A DNA stretch of 61,070 nucleotides, the filler included. It is 8 parts of 8 records of this genome, joined end to end, with 100 filler letters (N's around TTAATTAATTAA, not from the genome) between each part and the next. Parts side by side here need not be neighbours in the genome. Positions count along the whole stretch, not along the records: positions 1 to 8,855 come from SRR31156797_32154; positions 8,956 to 15,726 come from SRR31156797_32195; 6 more parts are not named here. One strand, 5' to 3'. The first letter of the stretch is position 1. Each line of letters opens with the position of its first letter. Position numbers and translations under genes: made by a program. Of the stretch, positions 1 through 9,191 are shown piece after piece. A model generated the notes under the pieces. The model made no database searches. It was not told the origin of the DNA and saw nothing but the letters and a program-made list of their open reading frames with translations.

Positions 1-498
1 GAAGGAACCTATCCCCTGCCCGAGGCCCAGATCGATCGGTTCATGATGAAGGTCAAGGTGGACTACCCGTCGGCTGAAGAGGAACGGGAGATCATGACCC
101 GTGTCTATGGCGGCATGGAAGCCCGGATGACCGGTGTTATCGACTGTGCTCAAATCAGACGGGCCGGTGACACCTTGCGGGCCATCCACATGGAGGATCG
201 TATCATGGATTATGTGGTGCAGCTGGTGCGCGCCACCCGCGAGCCCGAAGCCTTCGGACTGGATCTGGCCCCCATGATCCAGTACGGCGCATCCCCCAGG
301 GCGTCCATTTGGCTGGGGCTTGCGGCCCGTGCCCATGCCTTTGTGAGCGGGCGCGGTTATGTGACGCCCCAGGACGTGAAAACCATGGCCCCCGATATTC
401 TGCGCCACCGGGTTATTTTGAGCTATGAGGCGGAGGCCGAGGAAAAAACCACCGACGATCTCATCCGTGTGCTTCTGGAACGGATCGAGGTGCCCTGA
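1..498 (+). CDS. moxR: MoxR-family AAA+ ATPase, C-terminal part (5' truncated by window edge)
   Basis: Frame is open from base 1: [15 protein letters not shown], then GASPRAS and YVTPQDVK...LRHR, typical MoxR motifs; followed by DUF58 and VWA genes. Confidence 0.93.
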   Translation, partial: EGTYPLPEAQIDRFMMKVKVDYPSAEEEREIMTRVYGGMEARMTGVIDCAQIRRAGDTLRAIHMEDRIMDYVVQLVRATREPEAFGLDLAPMIQYGASPRASIWLGLAARAHAFVSGRGYVTPQDVKTMAPDILRHRVILSYEAEAEEKTTDDLIRVLLERIEVP

Positions 499-499
499 G

Positions 500-1375
500 A
501 TGCTCCCTGAGGCATTGCTCAAAAAAATCCAGAAATTTCATTTTACCACCAAACGCATGGCCAATGATATGTTTGCCGGCCAGTATGAAAGCGCTTTTAA
601 AGGCCGGGGCATGGAATTTGCCGAGGTTCGGGAATACCAGATCGGAGACGATATCCGCACCATCGACTGGAACGTGTCGGCCCGTTTCGGTCACCCCTAT
701 GTGAAGGTTTTTCACGAAGAGCGGGAGTTGACCGTCATGCTGCTGCTGGACCTCTCCGGCAGCCATCTGTTCGGCACCCGAAGGAAATTCAAACGGGAAC
801 TGCTGGCGGAGGTGGCCGGCATGCTGGCGTTTTTGGCCATCCGCACCAACGACAAGGTGGGGGCCATCCTTTTCAGTTCAAAAGTGGAAAAATATATTCC
901 CCCCAAAAAAGGGACATCCCATGTGTGGCGTCTCATCAAGGAGGTCTTCGCCTATGAACCCGAGGATCTGAGTACGGACCTGGATGGGGTTTTGACGTTT
1001 CTAAATCGCGTGGCCAAACGGCACGCAATCGTGTTTCTCATTTCCGACTGTATGGACACGGGGTTTGAAAAAGCCCTGCGATTAACGTCAAGGAAGCACG
1101 ATCTCACGGTGATCCGCATTTCCGACCCCGCGGAAGAGAACCTCCCCAATGTGGGGTTTGTCACCCTCACCGATCCCGAGACCGGAAAGACCGCCCTGGT
1201 GAACAGCGGCAGCCGAAAACTTCAAGAACGGTGGCGGGCCTATTGGGACCGGCAACAGGCCCATCTGAATGAAACCTTCAAAAAAGCCGGGATAGACCAG
1301 GTGGCGTTGACCACGGACGGCCCCGTGGTGGAACCGTTGACCCGGCTCTTTGAGAGCAGGAAGCGACGGTTATGA
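500..1375 (+). CDS. DUF58 (VWA-like) MoxR partner protein
   Basis: GRGMEFAEVREYQIGDDIRTIDWNVSAR, FHEERE and DLSGS motifs; ATG at 500 follows the moxR stop. Confidence 0.92.
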   Translation: MLPEALLKKIQKFHFTTKRMANDMFAGQYESAFKGRGMEFAEVREYQIGDDIRTIDWNVSARFGHPYVKVFHEERELTVMLLLDLSGSHLFGTRRKFKRELLAEVAGMLAFLAIRTNDKVGAILFSSKVEKYIPPKKGTSHVWRLIKEVFAYEPEDLSTDLDGVLTFLNRVAKRHAIVFLISDCMDTGFEKALRLTSRKHDLTVIRISDPAEENLPNVGFVTLTDPETGKTALVNSGSRKLQERWRAYWDRQQAHLNETFKKAGIDQVALTTDGPVVEPLTRLFESRKRRL

Positions 1376-2460
1376 CCATGCCCAATCTGAATACAAAACC
1401 GGGCAATCCGGCGGGCCTGATGGGTAGACACGGGGGCCGACCCCTACCAATTCTTGTGGTGTTGTGCCTTTTTGTATGGGCCTGGTCCGGTTCGGTTTGG
1501 GGGGAGAATAAAACCGGGCCTTACATGATGGCATCTCTGGTTCCCAATCAGACCAGCGTGGGGGGTGTCATCACCCTGGTGCTACGGTTTCAACTTCCCG
1601 AAGGTGCACATCTTCCCCCCGAAACCGAGGTCAATGGACTCGAAGGCTTCCTGGTCCTGGATCGGAATATGACCCTTGATGGCACGGAAAAAAACAGCGG
1701 CGAACGGAATAATTCCGTCAGGCCCGTTCAAGGAGAATACCGCATCAAACTGATGGTGGATCGTCTCGATTCGGGAGAAGTGGGACCCATTTCCCTCTCC
1801 TATGGGAACGCCAAAGGAAAAGAGGCGTTTTTAAAAGCGGCTCCGGTTTCCCTCACGGTCCTTTCCAATCTGGGGGAAAAACCGGAAGAAGCCAAGTTGA
1901 AACCCATCTATGGCATTATGCCGACGGAGGCCCTTTGGGTTAAATACCGGTTCTGGATTCTGGGGGGGATTGCGCTTCTGTTGCTGGCGGTGCTATGTGA
2001 GTGGTGGATTCGCAGAAGAAGGGGGAAAGGGGCAATGGTCGCTGACGAGACGCCTCCCGACAAGCTGGCCATGCGGGCCCTGAAAGATCTGGATGATCTG
2101 AAACTGTTTGAAAAAGGGAGAATCAAGGATTTCTACTTCGGTTTTTCCGAAATCATGCGGCGTTATGTGGAAGCCATCCGCGGATTTCCCGCGGCCGAAT
2201 ATACCCTTGAGGAGATTGCCCGGGCTGTTAAAAAGAAAGAAGATCAGGCGCTATTGGCGTTGCTCCGCCGGGCGGATATGGTGAAATTTGCCGATTCAAC
2301 CGCCACCCCGGCAGGAAAAAACGACGACATGGAAACGGCATTTGTCTATATTCGAAACACCCGCGAACCGTTGATGACGGAAGCGGCTGCTGCCCGCCGG
2401 GGCGGCAAACATATTTTTACCCGTGGGTCCAGGACCGGCCGGAAAGGTTTGCCGTCATGA
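1372..2460 (+). CDS. Bat-operon membrane protein (BatD-like N-terminal domain, one TM, DUF4381-like C-terminus)
   Basis: Signal-like N-terminus, TM at WILGGIALLLLAVL, C-terminal FSEIMRRYVE...ADMVKFA; overlaps both neighbours by 4 nt. Confidence 0.75.
   Translation: MTMPNLNTKPGNPAGLMGRHGGRPLPILVVLCLFVWAWSGSVWGENKTGPYMMASLVPNQTSVGGVITLVLRFQLPEGAHLPPETEVNGLEGFLVLDRNMTLDGTEKNSGERNNSVRPVQGEYRIKLMVDRLDSGEVGPISLSYGNAKGKEAFLKAAPVSLTVLSNLGEKPEEAKLKPIYGIMPTEALWVKYRFWILGGIALLLLAVLCEWWIRRRRGKGAMVADETPPDKLAMRALKDLDDLKLFEKGRIKDFYFGFSEIMRRYVEAIRGFPAAEYTLEEIARAVKKKEDQALLALLRRADMVKFADSTATPAGKNDDMETAFVYIRNTREPLMTEAAAARRGGKHIFTRGSRTGRKGLPS
1422..1447 (-). repeat. Single GTAG-family REP-like palindrome embedded in coding sequence
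   Basis: Minus strand reads GTAGGGGTCGGCCCCCGTGTCTACCC (GTAG foot plus GC stem); translated as GRHGGRPLP in the ORF. Only one copy in the window. Confidence 0.45.
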
Positions 2461-3455
2461 TGTTCCGGTTTGCCTATCCCGTGATGTTTCTGCTGGCCCC
2501 CCTGGCTTTGGGATGGCTGGCCTTTGCCCTTTTCAGAAAGCCCACGGGGATCACCTATTCCATGACCTCCCGCATGGCAGCCCTGGCAGGCAGCGGCAGC
2601 AGCACCCTGGTGCCCCGTATCCCCACCATTCTTCGGGCCTTTTGTCTGTTGCTGTTGATTCTGGTGGCGTCAAGACCCCAATTATACAATGTATCCCGGG
2701 ATGTTCGTTCTCCCGGCGTGGATATTATGCTGTGTCTGGATACGTCCGGCTCCATGCAGGCCCTGGATTTCAAGGTGGCAGGGGATTCGGTGACACGGCT
2801 TTCAGCGGTCAAGAACGTGGTGGCGGATTTTATCAAAAAAAGGGAAGCGGACCGCATCGGCCTGGTGGTTTTCGGGGAAGAGGCGTTTACCCAGTCGCCC
2901 TTAACCATCGACAAGGGCCTTTTGCTGGACCTGGTGGACCGCATGACCATCGGCATGGCCGGGGATCGTACGGCCATAGGTTCCGCCATTGCCATCGGGG
3001 GCAAACGCTTAAAAGACCTGAAAGCCAAATCAAAGATTTTGATTCTTTTGACCGACGGCCGGAACAATGCGGGGGAAATCAGTCCCCAGGCGGCGGCCCG
3101 GGCAGTAAAGGAGTTCGGCATCAAGCTCTATACCATCGGCGTGGGGGGTGAAGGGCCGGCGCCCTTTCGTATGAAAACCCTTTTTGGAACCCAACTGGTA
3201 CCACAGCAGGTGGACCTGGATGAGGTGACCTTAAAAAAGGTGGCGGAAACCGGCGGGGGCAAGTACTTCCGTGCGGCCAACAGTAAAGAACTTCAGGAGA
3301 TCTACGACATCATCGACCGGGAGGAAAAGACCGATGTGAAGGTCAAGGAGTTTTTTCATTTCAGGGAACTCTACCCCTGGTTCCTGGTCCCCGCCATTCT
3401 GGTTTTCCTGCTGGAGTTGCTGCTTAAAACCTGGATATTGAGGGTCATCCCATGA
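2457..3455 (+). CDS. batA: BatA VWA-domain membrane protein
   Basis: N-terminal RFAYP/TM segment, MIDAS DTSGS, RIGLVVFG, LLTDG, C-terminal TM. Confidence 0.92.
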   Translation: MMFRFAYPVMFLLAPLALGWLAFALFRKPTGITYSMTSRMAALAGSGSSTLVPRIPTILRAFCLLLLILVASRPQLYNVSRDVRSPGVDIMLCLDTSGSMQALDFKVAGDSVTRLSAVKNVVADFIKKREADRIGLVVFGEEAFTQSPLTIDKGLLLDLVDRMTIGMAGDRTAIGSAIAIGGKRLKDLKAKSKILILLTDGRNNAGEISPQAAARAVKEFGIKLYTIGVGGEGPAPFRMKTLFGTQLVPQQVDLDEVTLKKVAETGGGKYFRAANSKELQEIYDIIDREEKTDVKVKEFFHFRELYPWFLVPAILVFLLELLLKTWILRVIP

Positions 3456-5197
3456 ATCTGTCTAACCCTTGGCTCCTTCATTTCCTCTGGCTTCTCCCTT
3501 TGACGGCCGTCACCTTCGTGGTGGTGTACCGAAAACGGCGTCAGGCACTTGCGCGGTTTGCTGAAAACCGACTGCTCAACCGATTGACCCCCGAAGGCTC
3601 CCGGGGAAGGCGGGTGATCAAAGCGGTTTTTTGCCTGGCTGCCCTGGGATGCATGCTGCTGGCCCTGGCCGGTCCCCGGTGGGGCAGCCACTACCAGGAA
3701 GTGACCCAGAAGGGTGTGGATATTGTCATTGCCCTGGATGTATCCCCCAGTATGCTGGTGGAAGACGTAAAACCGGACCGGCTGGAGCGGGCCAAGCGGG
3801 AGATCACGGATTTTCTGAAAGTGGTGCAGGGGGACCGGGTGGGCCTGGTGGCCTTTTCGGGTGCCGCCTACACCCAGTGTCCCCTGACGCTCGATTACGG
3901 GGCACTGATGATGTTTTTGAATATCCTCCATCCGGATCATATTCCGGTTCCCGGAACCGATCTGGGCGCGGCCATTCAGGGCGCCATGAAGGCCTTTGAT
4001 CCCAAAAGCGAGACCGACAAGGTGATCCTGCTCATCACCGATGGTGAAGACAATGAAGAACGGGGCCTTGATGCGGCTAAAGATGCGGCCCGGAAGGGGA
4101 TCAAGATCTTTATCTTCGGTATGGGGGATCCGGCCGGCGGACCCATTCCCGCTTCCCGGGGGGGCTTTGTTAAAGATGACAAGGGCGGACTGGTCCTCTC
4201 AAAACTGAACGAAGCGGGTTTACAGGAAATGGCAGCGGTGACCGGCGGCGAATACGTACGGTCCATGGCCGGCGATCTGGACCTGGATCTGCTCTATTTT
4301 GACGGCATCAAACAGAAAACCGATGCGGCCGCGGTCAAGGGCGGCAAGATCAAGGTCTATGAGGAACGGTTTTACATTTTTGCTGTGGCGGCTTTTTTGT
4401 TACTGCTGCTGGAAGGATTCATGGGCCATTTGAAACGGAAAATACCGGTGTTGCTCTCCGTTTTATTGCTGCTGCTGTTTTCCTCCAGGGGGGAGTGTGA
4501 AGAAGATCCGGATCAACTTTATGAGCAGGGGCGTTTTGCTGAGGCCGCTAAATTGTACGCCGATCAGGACATGGATAACCCCCGGGATATCCGGTACCGA
4601 TACAACCGGGGCTGCGCCGATTACCAGGCTTCTGATTTCAAGGGTGCCATGGCAGCGTTTTCCAGCGTTTTAAAACGCACCGACGATCCGGAAACCCGTG
4701 TAAAGGCTCTGTTTAACCTGGGTAATGCCGCCTTTAAGAAGGGGGATTTCGCGTCAGCCAGGGTCTACTACCAACAGGCCATCGTGCTGGATCCCACAAA
4801 CGAAAACGCGCGCTATAACCTGGAGTTGACCCTCAGGGAAGCGCAGAAAAAGCAGGAGGCGGAAAAAAAGAAACAACAAGAGCAAAAGAACCAGAGAAAA
4901 GAAGACGACTCACAAAAAGAAAAAAAGGAAGGTGAAAAGAAACCATCAGAGGATAAACAGCAGGAAAAGCCGGATCAAAAAAAGGAAAAGGGGTCCCAAA
5001 AAGAACCACAGCCAAAAAACGGGTCCGAAGGCCGGAAACCTGAACCCCAAAAACCGGAACAGGCCCCTGTGGCCCGGATGGAGAAACAGAAAGCCGAAGC
5101 GTTGCTGGATAACATCAAAGAGGATCGGGCGCGATTCTTGAAGTATCAGGTCCCTGAAGGCAAGGGCCGGAAAAACCCGTCGGGGAAGGGGTGGTGA
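3452..5197 (+). CDS. batB: BatB VWA protein fused to BatC-like TPR and Q/E/K-rich tail
   Basis: MIDAS DVSPS, LITDGE, then TM segments, TPRs (YNRG, FNLGN, YNLE) and a low-complexity tail ending KGW. Confidence 0.88.
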   Translation: MNLSNPWLLHFLWLLPLTAVTFVVVYRKRRQALARFAENRLLNRLTPEGSRGRRVIKAVFCLAALGCMLLALAGPRWGSHYQEVTQKGVDIVIALDVSPSMLVEDVKPDRLERAKREITDFLKVVQGDRVGLVAFSGAAYTQCPLTLDYGALMMFLNILHPDHIPVPGTDLGAAIQGAMKAFDPKSETDKVILLITDGEDNEERGLDAAKDAARKGIKIFIFGMGDPAGGPIPASRGGFVKDDKGGLVLSKLNEAGLQEMAAVTGGEYVRSMAGDLDLDLLYFDGIKQKTDAAAVKGGKIKVYEERFYIFAVAAFLLLLLEGFMGHLKRKIPVLLSVLLLLLFSSRGECEEDPDQLYEQGRFAEAAKLYADQDMDNPRDIRYRYNRGCADYQASDFKGAMAAFSSVLKRTDDPETRVKALFNLGNAAFKKGDFASARVYYQQAIVLDPTNENARYNLELTLREAQKKQEAEKKKQQEQKNQRKEDDSQKEKKEGEKKPSEDKQQEKPDQKKEKGSQKEPQPKNGSEGRKPEPQKPEQAPVARMEKQKAEALLDNIKEDRARFLKYQVPEGKGRKNPSGKGW

Positions 5198-5198
5198 C

Positions 5199-6974
5199 AT
5201 GAAAAAGTTTGCCGGTTTCCTGATATTTTTTTCCATGCTGGTCCTGAGGGTTCAACCGGTTGGCGCAGAGGTTTCGGTGACTTTGAACCTGGATCGCCGG
5301 GAAGCCGTCCTTGCGGATTCCATCCAGCTCCAGGTGCGTGTATCCGGCGTAAGGAAAAGTGACGCCCCTCCGGCCATTGAGGGGCTGGAACCTTTTTTTG
5401 TAACAAGGGGGGGGAGCGCCAGCCGGGTTGAAATTGTCAATGGCCGGTATCATTCCGGTGTGGATTATACTTATTATCTGCAACCCAAAACGAAAGGCTT
5501 GTTTCGGGTGGGGCCCGCTGTAATCAAAGTGGATGGGAAAATATCCAAAAGCAATGTGGTGACCCTGAAAGTGGTGCCCGGCGGCGGCCATGCCTCCGGG
5601 TCGGAGAAAGGCCCGGTTTTCCTCACGGCGGCCCTGGGGTCTCAAAAGGGTTATGTGGAGCAACAGGTCCCCTACATTCTGAAATTGTATCTGCGCGCCA
5701 ACGTGAGCGATATCTCACTGGATCTGCCCGAGACCGATGACCTCACTTTTCGGCAGCTTGAAAAACCAAAGGAGTTTCAGACGGTTTACCATGGGGTTTC
5801 CTACCGGGTCCTGGAGGTCTCCTATGGGGTGATGCCCCTTAAGGCCGGACGTTTTCGCATCCCGCCCGCACGCATGGGGTTGACGGTTTACACTGCTCGT
5901 ACAAGAAAGCCCAGGGGCCTGTTCGACGATCCGTTTTTCGGCACTGCTTTGAGGAGCGGGCGGCCCATGACCGTTTCCAGCGAACCCCTTGCTCTCGAAG
6001 TGTTGGCTTTTCCCGAAAAAGGAAAGCCTCCCGGTTTCACCGGTCTTGTGGGGCAATTTAACATTGAGGACTCCCTTTCCGATGGTGAGATTCGGGTGGG
6101 GGATTCCGTGACCCTCACCCTTCGTCTGGCCGGAAACGGCAATGTTAACCGGCTGCCGGATTTGAAAATGCCGGCATTGGACCATTTGAAAATCTATGCG
6201 GATGAGCCGGTGTTTCAAACCCGGGCCGGTGCGGATGGCCTGACCGGAAGCAAAACCATGAAATGGGCCCTGGTGCCGGATATGGAGGGGCGTTATGCCA
6301 TACCCCCATTCACCATTCATTATTTCGATCCTGAAACCGAAGTCTATATGACCCAAAGGACAGAGCCGCTGGGGCTGACGGTTCTGCCTGGAAAAAAAGA
6401 AACCCTTGTAACAACCCCTAAAGGGGAACAAACAAACGAAACTGTGCCGCCTGCCAAACAGGAAGTCAAAGAAATCGGGCATGACATCCTTCCCATCCAT
6501 ACCGCCACTTCGGGGCTGAAGGGGGATGGCTGGTTTTCACCAGAGGCCATGGGGCCCGGAAACCCGTTTTGCTGGGCCATACTGATGATGCCTTTTCTGG
6601 TTTATGGGGTGGTTTTTATGGGGTTAAGGTTAAACAGGAAGTCCGACCAGGCCCTTTACGCTCAACGGGCCAGGAAGGCGGCCCGTATTTTTCAGAAAGA
6701 ATGCCGTGGCGGGGAAAAGGATGCCAACGGGTTGATGACCGCCGTTCGGGATTACATGAACGATCGTTTTCAGCTATCCCTCGGATCACTCACGCCCGCT
6801 GACGTATCGAAACTGTTGATGGAAAAAGGGGTTCACCCGGATACGGCAGCCGGGCTTCGGGATGTTCTGGGGGACCTTGAGGGTCGCATCTACTCGGGCG
6901 GGGAGGCCTCCTGCGGGTCGGCATCCAGGGACATTCCGGCAATTATTAAAAAGATTGAAAAGGAGTTGCGGTGA
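5199..6974 (+). CDS. batD: BatD-family protein
   Basis: Signal peptide, repeated Ig-like segments, FTGLVGQF and GNGNV motifs, C-terminal TM; position in the bat operon. Confidence 0.87.
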   Translation: MKKFAGFLIFFSMLVLRVQPVGAEVSVTLNLDRREAVLADSIQLQVRVSGVRKSDAPPAIEGLEPFFVTRGGSASRVEIVNGRYHSGVDYTYYLQPKTKGLFRVGPAVIKVDGKISKSNVVTLKVVPGGGHASGSEKGPVFLTAALGSQKGYVEQQVPYILKLYLRANVSDISLDLPETDDLTFRQLEKPKEFQTVYHGVSYRVLEVSYGVMPLKAGRFRIPPARMGLTVYTARTRKPRGLFDDPFFGTALRSGRPMTVSSEPLALEVLAFPEKGKPPGFTGLVGQFNIEDSLSDGEIRVGDSVTLTLRLAGNGNVNRLPDLKMPALDHLKIYADEPVFQTRAGADGLTGSKTMKWALVPDMEGRYAIPPFTIHYFDPETEVYMTQRTEPLGLTVLPGKKETLVTTPKGEQTNETVPPAKQEVKEIGHDILPIHTATSGLKGDGWFSPEAMGPGNPFCWAILMMPFLVYGVVFMGLRLNRKSDQALYAQRARKAARIFQKECRGGEKDANGLMTAVRDYMNDRFQLSLGSLTPADVSKLLMEKGVHPDTAAGLRDVLGDLEGRIYSGGEASCGSASRDIPAIIKKIEKELR

Positions 6975-7810
6975 AATATCGTTTCCTGTTGCCCATCATT
7001 TGTTTTCTGACAGCCGTTTTCCCGGTGACAATGGCTTTTGGCCAAGACCATCAGAGGGCATGGGAGGAAATTTTCTATGAAGCCAATCAGGCGTATCGTG
7101 AAGGAAACTTTCAGGAAGCGGTCAAGGGGTACCGGCAGTTGATCAACATGGGTCATGACGCGCCCCGCATCCAGTATAACCTGGGAAACAGCTATTTCAG
7201 GATGGATCAACTGGGTCGGGCCATTCTGGCCTATGAGCGGGCCCATATTGCCATGCCCAGGGATGCGGATCTCAACTTCAATCTGGCCCATGCCCGGGAT
7301 CAGGTGGTGGATGCCATTGCACCTTCACGCGGATTTTCCACCATGGCGTTTTTCTGGTTGCCGTCCGTCAGCCAGAGCGAACTGTTCTGGTGTTTTGCGG
7401 TCCTGAATATGATGCTTTTTACGGCGCTGTTGATCCGATTGTTTCACCGGGCCGAATGGCTTTTTTATTTATTGCTGCTGGTACTGTGCCTCTGGATGAT
7501 AACGGGACTTTCCCTCGGGATGAAATGGGCCCAGGTCCATAATGACCATCGGGCTGTTATTCTGCAAAAGGAAGTTGAGGTCCTGGCAGGGCCCCATGAG
7601 GGGGATACCATCCTCTTTAAATTACACGAAGGGGCCATCGTGGAGCAGGAACGGGAGGAAGACGGGTGGCGACTCATTTGTCTGCCGGATAAGAAGCGGG
7701 GATGGTTGCCCGGGGCGGTTTTGGAACTGATTTCTCCTGATTTTGATCACGCAAAGCCGCAAGGAAAAAAGATTTCTCATTTGGACACAAACCTCAAGCG
7801 GCTGGTGTGA
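6971..7810 (+). CDS. batE: BatE TPR + SH3-like protein
   Basis: YNLGNSY...AILAYERA TPR, two TMs, C-terminal LHEG...GW SH3-like motif. Confidence 0.87.
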   Translation: MKYRFLLPIICFLTAVFPVTMAFGQDHQRAWEEIFYEANQAYREGNFQEAVKGYRQLINMGHDAPRIQYNLGNSYFRMDQLGRAILAYERAHIAMPRDADLNFNLAHARDQVVDAIAPSRGFSTMAFFWLPSVSQSELFWCFAVLNMMLFTALLIRLFHRAEWLFYLLLLVLCLWMITGLSLGMKWAQVHNDHRAVILQKEVEVLAGPHEGDTILFKLHEGAIVEQEREEDGWRLICLPDKKRGWLPGAVLELISPDFDHAKPQGKKISHLDTNLKRLV

Positions 7811-7904
7811 GTCCTTTGAGGAACGTCAGGATCGTTTCGTTGGCGGTATGGGCCTGCTCCAGTAGAAACTGATGCCCCCCTCCAGGGATGATGCAAAGGT
7901 GTGC
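7794..7904 (-). pseudogene. C-terminal remnant of an alpha/beta-hydrolase
   Basis: Minus frame reads AHLCIIPGGGHQFLLEQAHTANETILTFLKGLTPAA*, the catalytic-His loop plus final helix pattern; an in-frame TAA lies immediately upstream. Confidence 0.6.
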
Positions 7905-8160
7905 TTATTGTCGAAAGACACAACTCGAAAAAAATCAGAAAAGGCAGGGAGCTGTGGGTACCAGTGGTCCGCAATATCCGATTTAAATAGTGTCCGTCGG
8001 TATGAGTCAGGTATTTCGTCACCGTGCTTTCATCGGCATCAAACAACTTGACGCCCACAATGGTGTGTGATGGACTTTGGCATTATCTCCCTTTTGGTTC
8101 GCATATGGATCAAAAAACACGTTAATGGTCTTTCTGTGAACCACATGTAGTGAACATTCA

Positions 8161-8739
8161 TTACCCGGCTACCCGATTGGACAGTGCCAATCCCGTCAGA
8201 TGCATTACCTCTTCAGCAGTTTCTTCCGGAGTCTTGCCGTTCGTATAGACCACGTATTTTGCCAGACTGCGGTTCGAGTGATGCCTGACGAAGTGGGCGT
8301 TCAACTCAAGGACATCCTGCGAAGCAGATGGTGCTCGGTGGCCAAGCGCTTCGATGGATTCATTCTCGTCGGCGGAGGGGAGAACGAGGACGACGTTCCG
8401 ATGCGGTGCCAATGCTTCCCGTGCACATTCAAACAGTTGCGGGTCCTCGAAAACGGAGTGACCGGCTCCAAAATCGATGACGCAATTCGAGTGTTCTGCA
8501 AGCAGGCGTTGCACGGCATGAGCTTCGAACGGCTTCCAGTAATCGTAGATGGCACGGAAGCCATGCTGCTTCCTGAGTTCCTTGGCGTGCTCCGGGTCAT
8601 ACCCGATCTCGACGTAGTACTGCCAGCGATACCGATCCATGGAGCATTGCGGCAGACCCGTCTTTTTGGCGATCAACGCCGCCAACGTGCTCTTTCCCGC
8701 TCCGACTGGCCCGATCAGTATCAACTCACTTCGCTCCAC
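8161..8739 (-). CDS. P-loop shikimate-kinase-like protein carried as an integron-type gene cassette
   Basis: Walker A GPVGAGKST, VIDFGAG and C-terminal TNGKTPEETAEE; flanked by attC-type core sites. Confidence 0.85.
   Translation of the reverse strand: MERSELILIGPVGAGKSTLAALIAKKTGLPQCSMDRYRWQYYVEIGYDPEHAKELRKQHGFRAIYDYWKPFEAHAVQRLLAEHSNCVIDFGAGHSVFEDPQLFECAREALAPHRNVVLVLPSADENESIEALGHRAPSASQDVLELNAHFVRHHSNRSLAKYVVYTNGKTPEETAEEVMHLTGLALSNRVAG
8164..8182 (+). mobile_element. 3' end remnant of a group IIC (attC-type) intron at its insertion junction
   Basis: CCCGGCTACCCGAT (8164-8177) resembles the domain VI/3' splice end of class C introns; it is followed directly by TGGAC (TRRRY), the remainder of an attC inverse core, and is antisense to the cassette gene. 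Confidence 0.55.
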
Positions 8740-8749
8740 AATATCCCTC

Positions 8750-8814
8750 GTCGAACGGCAAAAAAAACGGCTTGCGAGCTTTTTCGCAAGTGGGGTTGAC
8801 TTTTTTTGTTAGCG
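8750..8814 (-). mobile_element. attC-like integron recombination site
   Basis: Minus strand: CGCTAAC (R'') AAAAAAAGTCAAC ... CTTGCGA AAAAGC TCGCAAG ... GTTTTTTTT GCC GTTCGAC (R'); 65 bp. The upstream ORF fragment (KRKKKQKRKRR*) stops within the TAAC. Confidence 0.7.
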
Positions 8815-8855
8815 GCGTTTTCTTTTTTGCTTCTTTTTTCGTTTCCTATTTTTGG

Positions 8856-8955
8856 NNNNNNNNNNNNNNNNNNNNNNNNNNNNNNNNNNNNNNNNNNNNT
8901 TAATTAATTAANNNNNNNNNNNNNNNNNNNNNNNNNNNNNNNNNNNNNNNNNNNN
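8856..8955. other. Artificial contig spacer
   Basis: N-run with central TTAATTAATTAA (stops in six frames). Confidence 0.99.
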
Positions 8956-9108
8956 ATAAAAGCCGCTGATGCAATTTAACAGGGAGGTCTTTCCCGCTCC
9001 ATTCGGTCCGATCAGCGCGAGGATCTCGTTTTGACGGACCGAAAAAGAAATATTCATCAACGCCTGTACTGAACCAAAACTCAGCGATAAATTTTCCACG
9101 CTAAGCAT
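8956..9108 (-). CDS. Branched-chain amino acid (LivG-like) ABC ATPase, N-terminal fragment
   Basis: MLSVENLSLSFGSVQAL...LIGPNGAGKTSLLNCISGFY; truncated at the spacer. Confidence 0.88.
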
Positions 9109-9171
9109 TGTTTTGTCTTCTGATCTTATAGAATCATCACTGTGCATCTGGCGCCTCATAAAACGACTTTA

Positions 9172-9191
9172 TCAACCGGTCGGCCGGTTGA
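9172..9191. promoter_or_regulatory. Palindromic operator (TetR-like), copy 1
   Basis: TCAACCGG-TCGG-CCGGTTGA has perfect 8-bp arms; a related copy lies at 9610-9626. Confidence 0.6.

Noticed and set aside
7777-8058. 93-aa minus-strand ORF from the track
   Set aside because: No RBS at its start and no motif; the recognisable hydrolase remnant is in another frame.
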